This document shows, piece by piece, positions 35,285 through 46,574 of a stretch of 64,000 nt of DNA. The stretch's first letter is position 1; each line of letters opens with the position of its first letter. The stretch lies in the NCBI RefSeq assembly GCF_009914755.1, contig NC_060928.1. One strand, 5' to 3'. A model generated the notes under the pieces. That model did not search any database. It was given only the letters and a program-made list of their open reading frames with translations, and was not told the origin of the DNA. The DNA comes from the human T2T-CHM13v2.0 reference genome, Homo sapiens. The position numbers were made by a program, and so were the translations under genes.

Positions 35285-35840
35285 TCATTTATCTATTTAT
35301 TTATTCATGCATTCACAATTATTTATTGAGCACGTCTGATATGGCATGGTCTGTGCTACATGCTGAGAACATGAGGATGAACCAACAGACATCATGTTTC
35401 ACTCAACAAACATTTCTTAAGTCCTTCCCTGTGCCAGTCACTGCTCTAGTTGCTGGGAACACAGAAGTAATCAAGAGTTAAGGTTCCTATTCATTGCAAG
35501 CTTACATTATTATGTGGTAAAACATACACAATATAAACAAGTTAGAAATTTGTCAGACAGTGATGCCTTCCATGCAAATAGTTAAAGTAAGGTGTGATGT
35601 GACAGACATTGGCCAGGTAGTCATTTTGTATTGCTTTGGCAGGGAGGCTTCTCTAAGCTGGTGACATTTAAGCTGAGAGATGGATGACATTAATGCCCCA
35701 GTCATGCAAATATCATGTTTTAAACAAAGAAAGCAGCTACTGCAAAGCCCTTCAGGGAAAAGAGTTTGGCCTTTCCCTCCTAAGCATCAAAAGACATAAA
35801 GTGTAATGTCATTTTAAGTAAATAAGGTGAGGGCAATGAG
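35285..35840 (-). mobile_element. LINE-2 3'-end fragments
   Basis: 'attcatgcattcacaattatttattgagcac', 'cactcaacaaacatttcttaagtccttccctgtgccag'. Confidence 0.6.
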
Positions 35841-36230
35841 TGAGGAATTGTCCAGTTCACAGGCAAGACTTAAGCTTTCCTGCATTAACAGGCTGGCTGG
35901 CTCACTTGCACTCACATTGAGATCCTCCTCTGTATGATCCCTCTTGTTCCACTTAGCCTGTCCACTGGGCCACCTTTCACCACAACCCAATTCTGCATTC
36001 TCTGTCTGCACATAAGGCCAATTTGGCTTCCCTCAAAAATTATTGCTCTTTCTCACACACCTCCTCTCCTCAGTGGCAACTGACTTTGTTTCCCATGCCA
36101 CATCTAGATCCTTGTTCCTTTAGCCTTGTCCTCTGACTCATGTCATATTACATTATTTTTCTCCCTCATCATTCTCAGTATCCATCACTAACTTGCCAAT
36201 TCCTTTAATAACCTGGTTCCTATAGCCATG

Positions 36231-36704
36231 TGCTATATGTTGAATTGTATCCTCCCTAAGTTCATATGTTGAAGTCCTAAACTCAGTACCTAAGAATGTG
36301 GCTTTACTTGGCAATAGGGTCATAGCAGGATGTAATGAGTTAAGATGAGGTCATTTGTGTGGCTCCCAATCCAATATGACTGTGTATTTATAAAAATAGA
36401 AAATTTGAAGACAGACACATGCACATGAAAAGAATGGCGTGTGAAGGGAAAGTGCCATCCACAGAGGGAAGATAATGTGAAGACACTGGGAAATACCATC
36501 TACACATCAAGGGGTGTCTGACGCTTCCGGAATCTAGGAGAGAGGCCAGAGACAGATCCTTCTCTGGCACCTACAGAGGGAGCAAGGCCCAGCTAACATA
36601 TTAATTTTGGGCTTTTAACTGCCAACACCAAGAGAATCAATTTTTGCTCTTCCAAGTCATCCAGTTTAGGATACTTGGTGATAGCAGCCCTGGGAAACTC
36701 ATAT
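36231..36704 (+). mobile_element. MaLR solo LTR (MLT1B-like)
   Basis: 'gttgaattgtatcctccctaagttcatatgttgaagtccta...gttaagatgaggtc...atagcagccctgggaaact'. Confidence 0.8.
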
Positions 36705-37084
36705 GCTATTGTGGGTCAGTTTATCACTCACATCCTCAAACCCTGGGGCCTGTCAAACCTCAAATGGTTGAATTATTTGAACTCTCTGACTACAATTTCC
36801 TATGAATCTAGCATGTTTCCTTGGCTATTCTCTCCAAACCTTTTCTTTGACCACGCTTGACCTCTCTACGTCTACCCATTGATTTCCTTCCAGTGTTCAG
36901 TCTTTTCCCCTTTACTGTGAACCCCCACATTGGCCTTTCATTTTAACTCTGCTCTTTCTAATAATTTTAACATCTTTCTTTTGTTCTCTGTGACAAACCC
37001 TTATTCAGAATAACTCCACTTTTTTGCTTTTGGCGCTCTTTAACTGTTGAATAAAGTGAAGGGAAAAAATAGTTTAAGCCTGGA

Positions 37085-37745
37085 TAATTTTTATGTACAG
37101 TTGTTCATTTTAGGCAAAATATATGTAGAGTGAGAATCACAAATCTGTGCATACAGCTTGGTAAGTTTTGACAAGTACATGAACCCACATAGCCCACACC
37201 CCTATGAAAACATCATATATTCAAACACTCAAAAATGTTTCCTTATGAAACTTCTCAATCAATGACCTACCCATACTCTGAAGGAGCCAGGGTATTGCTT
37301 TGTGTGTGGCTTCTTCTTCCACTGAGAAAGAAAAATGAAAGTCATCCAAGCTATGTAAATCAGTGGCTCAATCCTTTTAATGGTGAGTGTAATTACTTTG
37401 TATAAATCTAACATAGTTTGATTCATAATTGTGTCCTGTCCGGGTTTTGGCTATAATGAACCAACTTTCCATAAACATTCCTGTGTGTACAAGCCCTGTG
37501 TGGATAGGTGTTTTCCTTAAAGTTGGATAAATAACTAGTTGCAGAATTCTTAGGTAGCAGGGTAAATGTATTTTTAACTTTATAAGAAATTTTCGTATCT
37601 TTACAAAAAAGGTTGAGGCATTTTACATCACTACCAGCAATAGATAAGAATTATAGTTGCTCTGCATTCTTGCAAATACTTGGTGCTTTTCACATTTATA
37701 GTTTTGGGTATTTTGTGTGTATATGGTGATACATAATTGTGAGTC
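37085..37745 (-). mobile_element. Ancient L1M 3' fragment
   Basis: Antisense L1 C-terminal motifs ('cattttacatcactaccagcaatagataagaatt...gttgctctgcattcttgc'). Confidence 0.6.
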
Positions 37746-38736
37746 TAATACATGAATCTTAATATTAATTGTCTTCAGTAACAACTAGCCCCTCAATTCT
37801 GATGGGAAAACACTGTGCCTCCTAAAAGAAAGATAAAAGTGGCTCTTGTCACTGGCCACCTCCCACAAATTCCATTCTACAGAAACTGAGTATGAAGAAT
37901 TGAAATGAATGTGGCATCAAGAATCTAATAAATTGATGTTTAAAATAAAACTGAGAAACTCTCTCTATGATGTCCTGTCACTCCAACTAAAAACTTAATT
38001 CATCTGCCTGAAATTTTTGTCCACAGATACTTCTACAATTGAAGAGATACTCTTCCTATCTAAGGCAATTCTTGGACCACATGATATGTCTTGGTGGCTC
38101 CTCCAGAGAAAAACTCTATTATACTATGTGCATAATGTATATATGGTAAAATATCTATGTATATATGGATATATTTTTAAGCAGAAATATTTTCTTTTAT
38201 TACAAACACATATGTGTGACTAGTATTTAAAAAATGGCAAATAGGGATGGCTTACATAAATTCAATCATTTAAGCAGAGTGTGTGTGTGTGTTGAAGTAA
38301 TTAAGCAGTGAGCCCATCCTAGACCAGGTACCTGCAGAAAAATATCTTATGTATATAAAATAGAAAGATGTGCTACTTGTTACACAATTGGGGTATACGT
38401 CCACCAATTTTGCTCTGCTGCAGTTTTAGGGTATGCTCAGCAGGTAGGGTCACTGGTGGCTAAAATTCCATTTTTAAGATCTTTAAATAGAGGCATTTGA
38501 TTTTTTTTTACAGATATTTATCATGTGATGGTAAGTGCATTTAAGGTTACAATATACATTCTCATATATTTAAGACTTCATTTGCTTTAGATTTTTTTAT
38601 CTGGCAATAATAGAAAACAATTTTTGGCTGTGATAAAAGTGGCCTGTTTTCTCTGATCTCTATGCATCTCAAGGCCACTGCTGAACTCCTCAGCTCATAT
38701 GACAGTTTCAGCTCATGACAGACAGATGTTACTCCT

Positions 38737-38830
38737 CTTCTTTCCTGTCCTGATACAGTATTTAAATGAGTGGTTTTAAGATTCTTCTTTCCTGCCCTGA
38801 TATAGTATTTAAATGAGTGGTTTTAAGATT
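38737..38830. repeat. 47-bp tandem duplication (2 copies, 2 mismatches)
   Basis: cttctttcctg(t/c)cctgata(c/t)agtatttaaatgagtggttttaagatt at 38737-38783 and 38784-38830. Confidence 0.97.
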
Positions 38831-38890
38831 CATACTAACTGCCTGTATATGTCATGACTGTTTTGTTATTGCATGCTTGCTTATTTGTGT

Positions 38891-38893
38891 ATC

Positions 38894-38936
<43 letters not shown>

Positions 38937-38968
38937 ATCTATCTATCTATCATCTATCTATCTATCTA
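38891..38968. repeat. Compound (TATC)n / GATA tetranucleotide STR
   Basis: TCTA runs interrupted by TCA. Confidence 0.97.
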
Positions 38969-39059
38969 CATTACTTCTCAGCTGATTTAATTTTCTCAAT
39001 GCCAACATTAACAGTGAATCCTCTGAAAGCCTACCAGAAGAAACTGAGTCATAGGAATA

Positions 39060-39208
39060 CAGATGATCCTTGACTTACAATGATTTAACATGATTTCTCA
39101 AACTATGATAGATTTATTGGGGGTATTAAATGCATTTCAACTTACAATATTTTTAACTTGGGGTGGACTTATCAGATCCTAACCCCACTGTAAGTCAAGG
39201 AGCATCTG
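39060..39208. mobile_element. TcMar-Tigger MITE (MER47/Tigger5-like), 149 bp
   Basis: 20-bp TIRs cagatgatccttgacttaca / tgtaagtcaaggagcatctg (19/20 match), TA dinucleotides at 39058-39059 and 39209-39210. Confidence 0.9.
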
Positions 39209-39436
39209 TACAACTTTCCTTGTAGGCAGTTTAATTATGAATGTCATAAACTATTATGACATTTTTTATACCGTTGGATCCATTTGGGGAAACTTCTATT
39301 GGGATTCAATTCCACTGAAATTCTATTCCATTGGCTAAATTGGGGGAGATATTTGTTAATTTTTTATATATTTAGGGGCTTTTGTTTGGCAAAAACTTAT
39401 CTCTAAGAGAAGTTCACATTCCATCTGCTCTGCCTT

Positions 39437-39499
39437 TTTTTTTTTTTTTTTCTTTTGAGACAGAGTCTCACTCTGTTGCCCAGGCTGGAGTGCAGTGAA
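39437..39499 (-). mobile_element. Extremely 5'-truncated Alu (about 41 nt body + tail)
   Basis: Poly(T) + gagacagagtctcactctgttgcccaggctggagtgcagtg; TSD ctctgcctt at 39428-39436 and 39500-39508. Confidence 0.9.
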
Positions 39500-41344
39500 C
39501 TCTGCCTTCAGGAATAAAAAAAGTGTATCAGTTTGGACAGTTAATTCAAGAACATTGAGTTAACCTTCCTAGATGATGGATTTATCAAAGAATTTAAAAA
39601 CACGTTTGCATTAAGGCAAACACACTTATTTAACTTTTCTCTGGAACTGGCTGAGATGTAAACTTTGGTGTGTTTTTATCTCTGTAATAGGTAATAATTG
39701 CAACACAGATGCCAAGAAAGGGTCTTGAGTATAAAGAAATTGCTTTACTGACATGCAGATTGATGATCAAATACTATTTTTGTTCCATTTCCTCATTATT
39801 CTTTCATTTTATCTCAGCAAATAGTTATAGCTAGATTAATTCAATAATTCAGTAATTGCCAGACTGAAAATAACATTAGAAATACAATCTCTTGCTGTCA
39901 ACTTCAAAGAAATTCTACTCCTGTAATAATTAGGAAAAAAGTGTAATTCAAAGATGTTCTGTTTTTTTGAGAAATACTTTACTTCATTAAATTGGAAGTA
40001 AGTAGGACAGAAAAAAATAGTTGATGTCATTCTCTCAACAGGGTGCATAACAAAATATAAAAATTAGTTATTAAGTCCAGTCAAATCAAATATCAGGCTG
40101 ACAGAATTAGATTTTCCATTTGGGGTACAAGCTAAATGCAGGTAATTAATAGTAAAGGACTAATTCCAAGTTCTTTAAACCCCACATGAAATATGAAGCA
40201 TATTTCAAAAATAAGATTTCTCTGTGAAAGATACAAACTGTCTATAAAGCACTTACCAGGAATGTTATCTAAATTCAAATAATTTTTGAATAATATCCAT
40301 TGTAACTTTGTAGATATTTTTATCATTTCATGAAGAATGTTATAACATAGGCTTTGAGAAATTAAACATTTCTCTAAAATGCTGGATATATTTTCTCATA
40401 TTATCATTTGATATTATATTAAACAGGATAAAATGATAACACAAATATTACTTTTAGTGCTCACTTTTTTTACCTTTTAACGTCTGTAAAACTAAGGTGC
40501 TTTTATAATTTGGTAATATGCCACAATTTCATTGGGTGCGTTGTAAATATTTGGTCTACAGGCTGCAAAACAGTGTAATTGTCTTTTGGAATAAATGGCA
40601 TTTTGAGGTTCATTAAAAGTGGTGTGGATGATGAAAAGTAATTGTAAGAGTAAGAAAATTATTTTTCTTAGATCATTAAAAACTCCATATTTTAAAGCTT
40701 AATTCTTATATATTAAAACATTTTAAAAATATAATTGAAATATAACCAATGTTATGAAATTCTGTTTCGTGTTCTGTAGAGCAGCTATTTATTATAATGT
40801 AGACACAAATCAGTCATAATATATTTGTAAGCAGAAAAGTAGTTAATAGGATTATGTAAATTGGTATATTTTGAACCTTGCTGTACAGTACTTGGCCAAA
40901 AGCTTCATAAAAAACTACTGTGCCTGAAAATGGCATCAGATTTATTAACACAAAATATGATTTAAGTGATTTTCTAACAACATTTTAAGGTAGCCTCTAT
41001 GATCCTCAAAATAGTTGACATAATAATAATATTCCTTTATAATATAATTCATATTTATTTAAAGAAATATATGAATTTATAAGTGGCATGTTACAAACAT
41101 ATATGAAATGAAAATAAGGTAATAATGTTTTTATCAATTACTTTTGATAGCATCCTTAATGGACACATATTTCTATCTCCTTAGTGTGTAAATACAAATA
41201 TTTTATATATGTCTTGAGGGAAGTTTTAGAAAAACAGATGTGTAGGACATTTTGGTATTGAAAGTGAATTATCATTTTGAAAAAGCTATCTGGAATGAAT
41301 TCATTCATAAAACAAACACAAATGTCATATTAAAATTTTAATGG

Positions 41345-41631
41345 TGCTGGGCATGGTAGCTCATGCACCAATTTGGAAGGCCAAGGCAAGAGGATTGCTT
41401 GAGCCTAGGAGTTCAAGACCAGCCTGGGCAACAGAGTGAGAGACCTCATCTCTACAAAACATTAAAAAAATTAGCCAGTGTGGTGTCATCCATGTGTAGT
41501 CCCCGCTACTCAGGAGGTTACAGTGGTGTAATTTCTTGAGCTCGGGAGATCAAGGCTGCAGTGAGCCATGATGGTGCCACTGCACTCCAGTCTGGGCAAC
41601 AGGGCAAGACCCCATCTCAAAAAAAAAAAAA
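41345..41631 (+). mobile_element. AluJ (Jo-like)
   Basis: 'ggattgcttgagcctaggagttcaagaccagcctgggcaac', 'aaggctgcagtgagccatgat', poly(A); degenerate TSD aaa(a/g)tttt(a/g)atgg. Confidence 0.93.
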
Positions 41632-42245
41632 GTTTTGATGGGAGTTTATCTGTAAAAACAAAAATTCTAAAAAATTCTATTTACATTATATTTAATACAT
41701 TTTAGATTATAATAAATTTTTTAAAGTGTCAAATGAACAAAATGATGAATCAGGTGCTAAAATTTTTTTGCCATAGGTATCTGACAATACTAGCAAGATA
41801 AATCTTCCTTCACTTCAGATTGAACTTTCGTAGTCTGATTACAAAATGTTTATTTTGCCAAAATATCTGAAGGCCTGATGCCTCTATTATTCATTCTAAT
41901 GCTAACTGACTTTCTTTTAAAGGATTTAGCATACTATTATTTTTACTGATTTTTATCTTTTTCACCACTTTAATGACCAGGTGTCCAATGGTCAATGATT
42001 TTGTACATTTTGGTATTTATCTGATATTGTCAAATGTTTGATTTGATTTGCTTCATCTGATTTCTTTTAAATGCAATTACTTAACTTTGTGGATCTCTGT
42101 ATCTTCTAACACATTCATTATTATGTGTCCCAGATAAGTTATTCAACTGATTTAATTTGTCACAACTTCTTAGAGGTAGAAATAATACAATCTTGCAATA
42201 ATTATATATAAATAAGAGATATTTACATTGGCATTGATACATATA

Positions 42246-42625
42246 TGCATATTAGTTTTCTAGCCATAATCAATTAGCACAGATTTGCTAGCTTAAATAA
42301 CAGAAATTCATGTTCTCACAATTCTGGGGGCCATAAGTGAAGGGTGTCAGGAGGTTTGGTTTCTTCAGACTTCCCACCATGGTTTGCAGATGCCACCCTC
42401 TTTCTGCATCTGCACATGGTCGTCCCTCTGTGCATGAGCACCCCTGACCTCTCCTCTTCTTACAAGGCCATCGTCATACTAGATTGGGGCCTCACTTTAA
42501 GGACTTCATTTTAACTTAATAATTTCTTTAAATAGTTTATGTTCAAATAAGTCTGCCTTCTGAGCTACTGAAGGTTAGAGTTTCCACATATGAATTTTAG
42601 GGAGATACAATTAATCTTAGAATAT
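42246..42625 (-). mobile_element. MaLR solo LTR (MLT1A/B-like)
   Basis: 'gcttaaataacagaaattcatgttctcacaattctgg', 'cattttaacttaat', 'catatgaattttagggagatacaatt'. Confidence 0.75.
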
Positions 42626-43299
42626 AGAGAAAAATTCAAACCTGATAAACCAAAACCCAGTGTATGAAACTCAAAGTTTCAACAGCATTTCAAATAAATA
42701 ATTAAACTCACCTTCTTGCAGCATTTTTAATTTTCCTTATGACTTCTCTAAAATTATTTTTTTCTGGTTTCTATTCTGCTACACTAGTCATTCCTTCCAA
42801 TTGCCTGTTCTTGCTCTTACACTTTTACTCACTCTCTAAATATTGTGAGACCCAGGAATCAGTGATGAGTGCTAGAGCCTCTTCTCCCTGCACTTGCTAC
42901 ATGAGTACTTTATGGCCATGAAGGCCACCTTTGAGACATATGCCCTAAATAGGCCTATTAATTACATTCTTTTCTCCCAAACAATCCTTTGTATAATTTT
43001 CTCTATCTTACATAATGATATCAATTGTTCAAAGAAAGATATAAAGTCTTTTTTATTCCCTTCTTTACCTTAACTTTCACATCTAATTCATTAGCAAGTC
43101 CGGTCAGCAATAATTCCAAAATCCATCCAAATATAGTCCACATCACTCTCTATAATTTTCACCATAGATGAGAAAATATAATTTTCTCCAAATAGGTTCA
43201 AATTTCCTAAGATTCTTAATTCCACATTATTCATTATTTCATCAAATCTGCAAAAAGAAGTCAGAATAATCTTTTATACTATTATATACTATATAATTT

Positions 43300-44675
43300 T
43301 GTATTAGCCAATTATAGCTGAAGAAATAAACACCTGCCTATTAGCAATTAACAGACACTGCTAGTAAAAAATCAGTAAGGACATTGTTGAACTAAATAGC
43401 ACTATCAATTAACTAAATCTAATTGACCTTTATGTAATACCTAATTTAATGACAGTGGTATATGCATTCTTCTCTAGCTCACATGAAATACTCACCAAGA
43501 TAGACCACATCTTGGGCCACAAAATGTACTTTAACAAATTTAAAATAATAATGATCATACAAAGTATGATGACATAGCATAATATAATTAAACCAAAAAT
43601 TCAAAGCAGAAAGACACCTGAAAAATTCCAGAATACTTGGTGATTAAATGACACACTTTTAAATAATACATAAGTTAAGGACAAGGCCACAAAACAAATT
43701 TAAATCTAGTTTAAATTAAAGAAATTGAAAATGAAACTTAATTTGTAGGATGCAGCAGTGCTTTGAGGAAAATTTATAATATAAAATGCATATATTAGAA
43801 AAGAAGAAAGATCTGCAATCTACAACCTAATCTTCTATTTTATGATACTAGTGAAAGAATAGCAAATTAAATGAAAGTAAGCAAAGCAAAATTAAAGTTA
43901 GAATAGGAGTCAATAAAATTGAAAACAGAAAATCAATAGAGAAAATTTTAAAACATAAAAATAAATTCTATTAAAAGATTAATCAAGTTGATAAAACTAT
44001 ATCTAGGATAACAAAGAAAAGAAAGAAAACACAAATTTCAAATATCAGAAATGAAAGGGGGGCCATCCCTACAGATCTCAGACATTAACAAGATAATAAA
44101 GAAGTATTATAAACAACTGTAAGGCCACTTGTTTAATAACCTAGGAAAATATGACAAATTCCTTGAAAAACATAATGTATCAAAATTCACATAAGAACAA
44201 ATAGATAATATGAATAAAGCCTATGTATATTAAATAAATTGAATTGATAATTAATAACCTTCCAAAACAGAAAGAACTAGGCCCAAATGGGTTCAATGGT
44301 GAATTCTCACAAACTTTTAAGAAAAAGGCCAACTTTCTTCAATCTCTTCCAGAAGAGAGAAGCATAGGGAATACTTTCTAAATCATTCATTAAGGTTAAC
44401 GTTATTCTAACACCCAAACCAGGCAAAGATATTTATTTAACAAAAGGAAAACTATAAACCAATGTCTATCATGAATATTGCTAAAAGTTTGATAAAATAT
44501 TAACAAATCACATTAAAATGTATAAAATAATTATACACCACTTCTAGTTTGAGAGTTTTTATTATGAATAGGTGTCTGGTTTATCAGAGGCTTTGACTAA
44601 ATATATTTACATGATTTTCCTTCTTTACACTGTTAATGTAACTTTTGATTTTTGAATGTTGAATCAGTCTTGTAT
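43300..44675 (+). mobile_element. Ancient L1M ORF2 fragment (endonuclease to RT start); last 135 bp (44541-44675) inverted
   Basis: Degenerate ORF2 motifs ('caccaagatagaccacatcttgggccacaaaa', 'aggcccaaatgggttcaatggtgaattct'). Confidence 0.8.
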
Positions 44676-44862
44676 GATACACTGGTGCCTATCAGAGGGT
44701 GGAGGGGAAGAGAAAGGAGAGGATCAGGAAAACATAACTAATTGATAGTAGGCTTAATACCTGGATGATGAAATAATCAGTACAACAGACCCCATGACAC
44801 ATGCTTACCTATGTAACAAACCTGCACATGTACCCCTGAACTTAAAAGTTAAATAAAAGAAA
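44676..44862 (+). mobile_element. Short L1 3' UTR end (L1PA13-like)
   Basis: 'ggagaggatcaggaaaacataactaat...ggcttaatacctggatgatgaaataatc...aacctgcacatgtacccctgaacttaaaagt'. Confidence 0.85.
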
Positions 44863-45165
44863 CCTCTCAACTGTTTCCCAAACTTCTTGTACCATTTTAT
44901 ATTTACACCAGCAATGCATGAGAGTATTAATTGTTTCGCATCCTTGTCAACACCTGGTATTATTAATCTTTTAAATTTTAGTGATCCTACTAGATGTGTA
45001 GTGGTACATAATTGCCATTTTAATTTGTAGTTCCCTGATATCTAATGAGGATAAGCATCTCTGTGTGTATCTATTGGCTATTTTTAGATCATTTTTGTGA
45101 TATTTATTTTTAAATCTTTTGCCTAGTCATTTAATTTAGCTTCTTGTCTTATTAATAAATTATGA
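44863..45165 (-). mobile_element. Ancient L1M fragment
   Basis: 'tgtaccattttatatttacaccagcaatgcatgagagt...catccttgtcaacacctggtatt'. Confidence 0.7.
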
Positions 45166-45194
45166 GTTCATGAAAAATACTTTAATTATAATCT

Positions 45195-46090
45195 TCTCAA
45201 GCCATAGAAAAATATACAGATGGCAAATAAGCAGATGAAAAGATTTTCCACATCATATGGCAATAGCCAATTGAAAATTAAAATGATAATGAAATACCAC
45301 TAGATGCCTTTAGAATAGTGAAATTTCAAAACACAGACAACATCAAATGCTGGTGAGAAAGTGGAGCAACAGGGACTCTCATTTATTGCTGGGGGAGTAC
45401 AAAACGGTAGAATGATTTGGCATAGAGTTTGGCAGGTTTTTTCAAAGCTGCCATATGATACAGCAACAATACCCAATTGGTATTTAGTCAAATGAATTAA
45501 AAATTTATGTCCACTCAAAAACCTAGAAACAAATGTTGACAGTAGCTTTATTCGTAACTGCTAAAATTCAGTAACAACCAAGATGTTCTTCAATAGATTA
45601 ATAGATTAACTGTGGTGCTTTCATACAATAGCATATTATTCAGTGATAAAAACAATATGAGCTATTGACATGAAAAAACACAGAAGAAGCTTAAATGCAT
45701 CTTACTAAGTGCAACAAGCTAAACTGAAAAGACAGACGAGTGATTGGCCAGGAGTTCCCTCTCAGAAAGGAGTGAAGTAAGAATGAATAGGAGAAGCACA
45801 AGGAAATTCTAGGGCAGTGACACTATTTTGTAAGATATTGTAATGGCAGATGTAAGCCATACGATTTGCAAAAAAATATGAAATGTACAACACAAAGAGT
45901 AATTACTAATGTAAACCATGGACTACAGTTAAGCAATGTATCAATATAGGTGTGCCAATTGTCATAATTGTGCCACACTAATACAATACATTAATAATAG
46001 GGGAAACTGAAGAACAAGAAGTTCTAATTAATTTTTGTAAACCTAAAACTGATCTGAAATATAAAATTTGTTAATTTAGATTAAAAACAA
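45195..46090 (+). mobile_element. L1MC-like 3' end
   Basis: ORF2 C-terminal remnants and 3' UTR 'tgtacaacacaaagagt...taatgtaaaccatggact...ttaataataggggaaactg'. Confidence 0.75.
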
Positions 46091-46574
46091 AATACATCCA
46101 AAAGAAGTCTACATAATTAGAAATAAAAAATATCAATTCCATCAGACAATTGCCAATGGTTAAATAAAGCTGGTTGATGATTACAACATTTTATCTAATG
46201 GGAAAAAAAAAAGGAAGAAAGGAGACAACTTGAATAAGCAGGGTGTTGCTCAAGACTTAGTTCCAGCACATAAAAAAGGTTAAATAAAGTTATGTTTATA
46301 TTTCCTCAAAGTTTGACTTCTCACCATTAATGACTAGATGATGAATGAAAATTAAACATTGAAATATGATTTTCAAGATTACCTTAGATTTATATTTGAT
46401 TTGCAATTTTTTGAATAGTTATCTCCTAGTCTTCCCACTAGCATCTGACTTTTTCTGTTTCTAATCAGTTTTTTTCACTGCTTCAACCTTGTATCAAAAA
46501 AACACTTTCCTTGTTTTGATTTTGGAACTCTTTAAAAATTACTGAACTTGTATTTATTATTTTTTTGAGAATGC

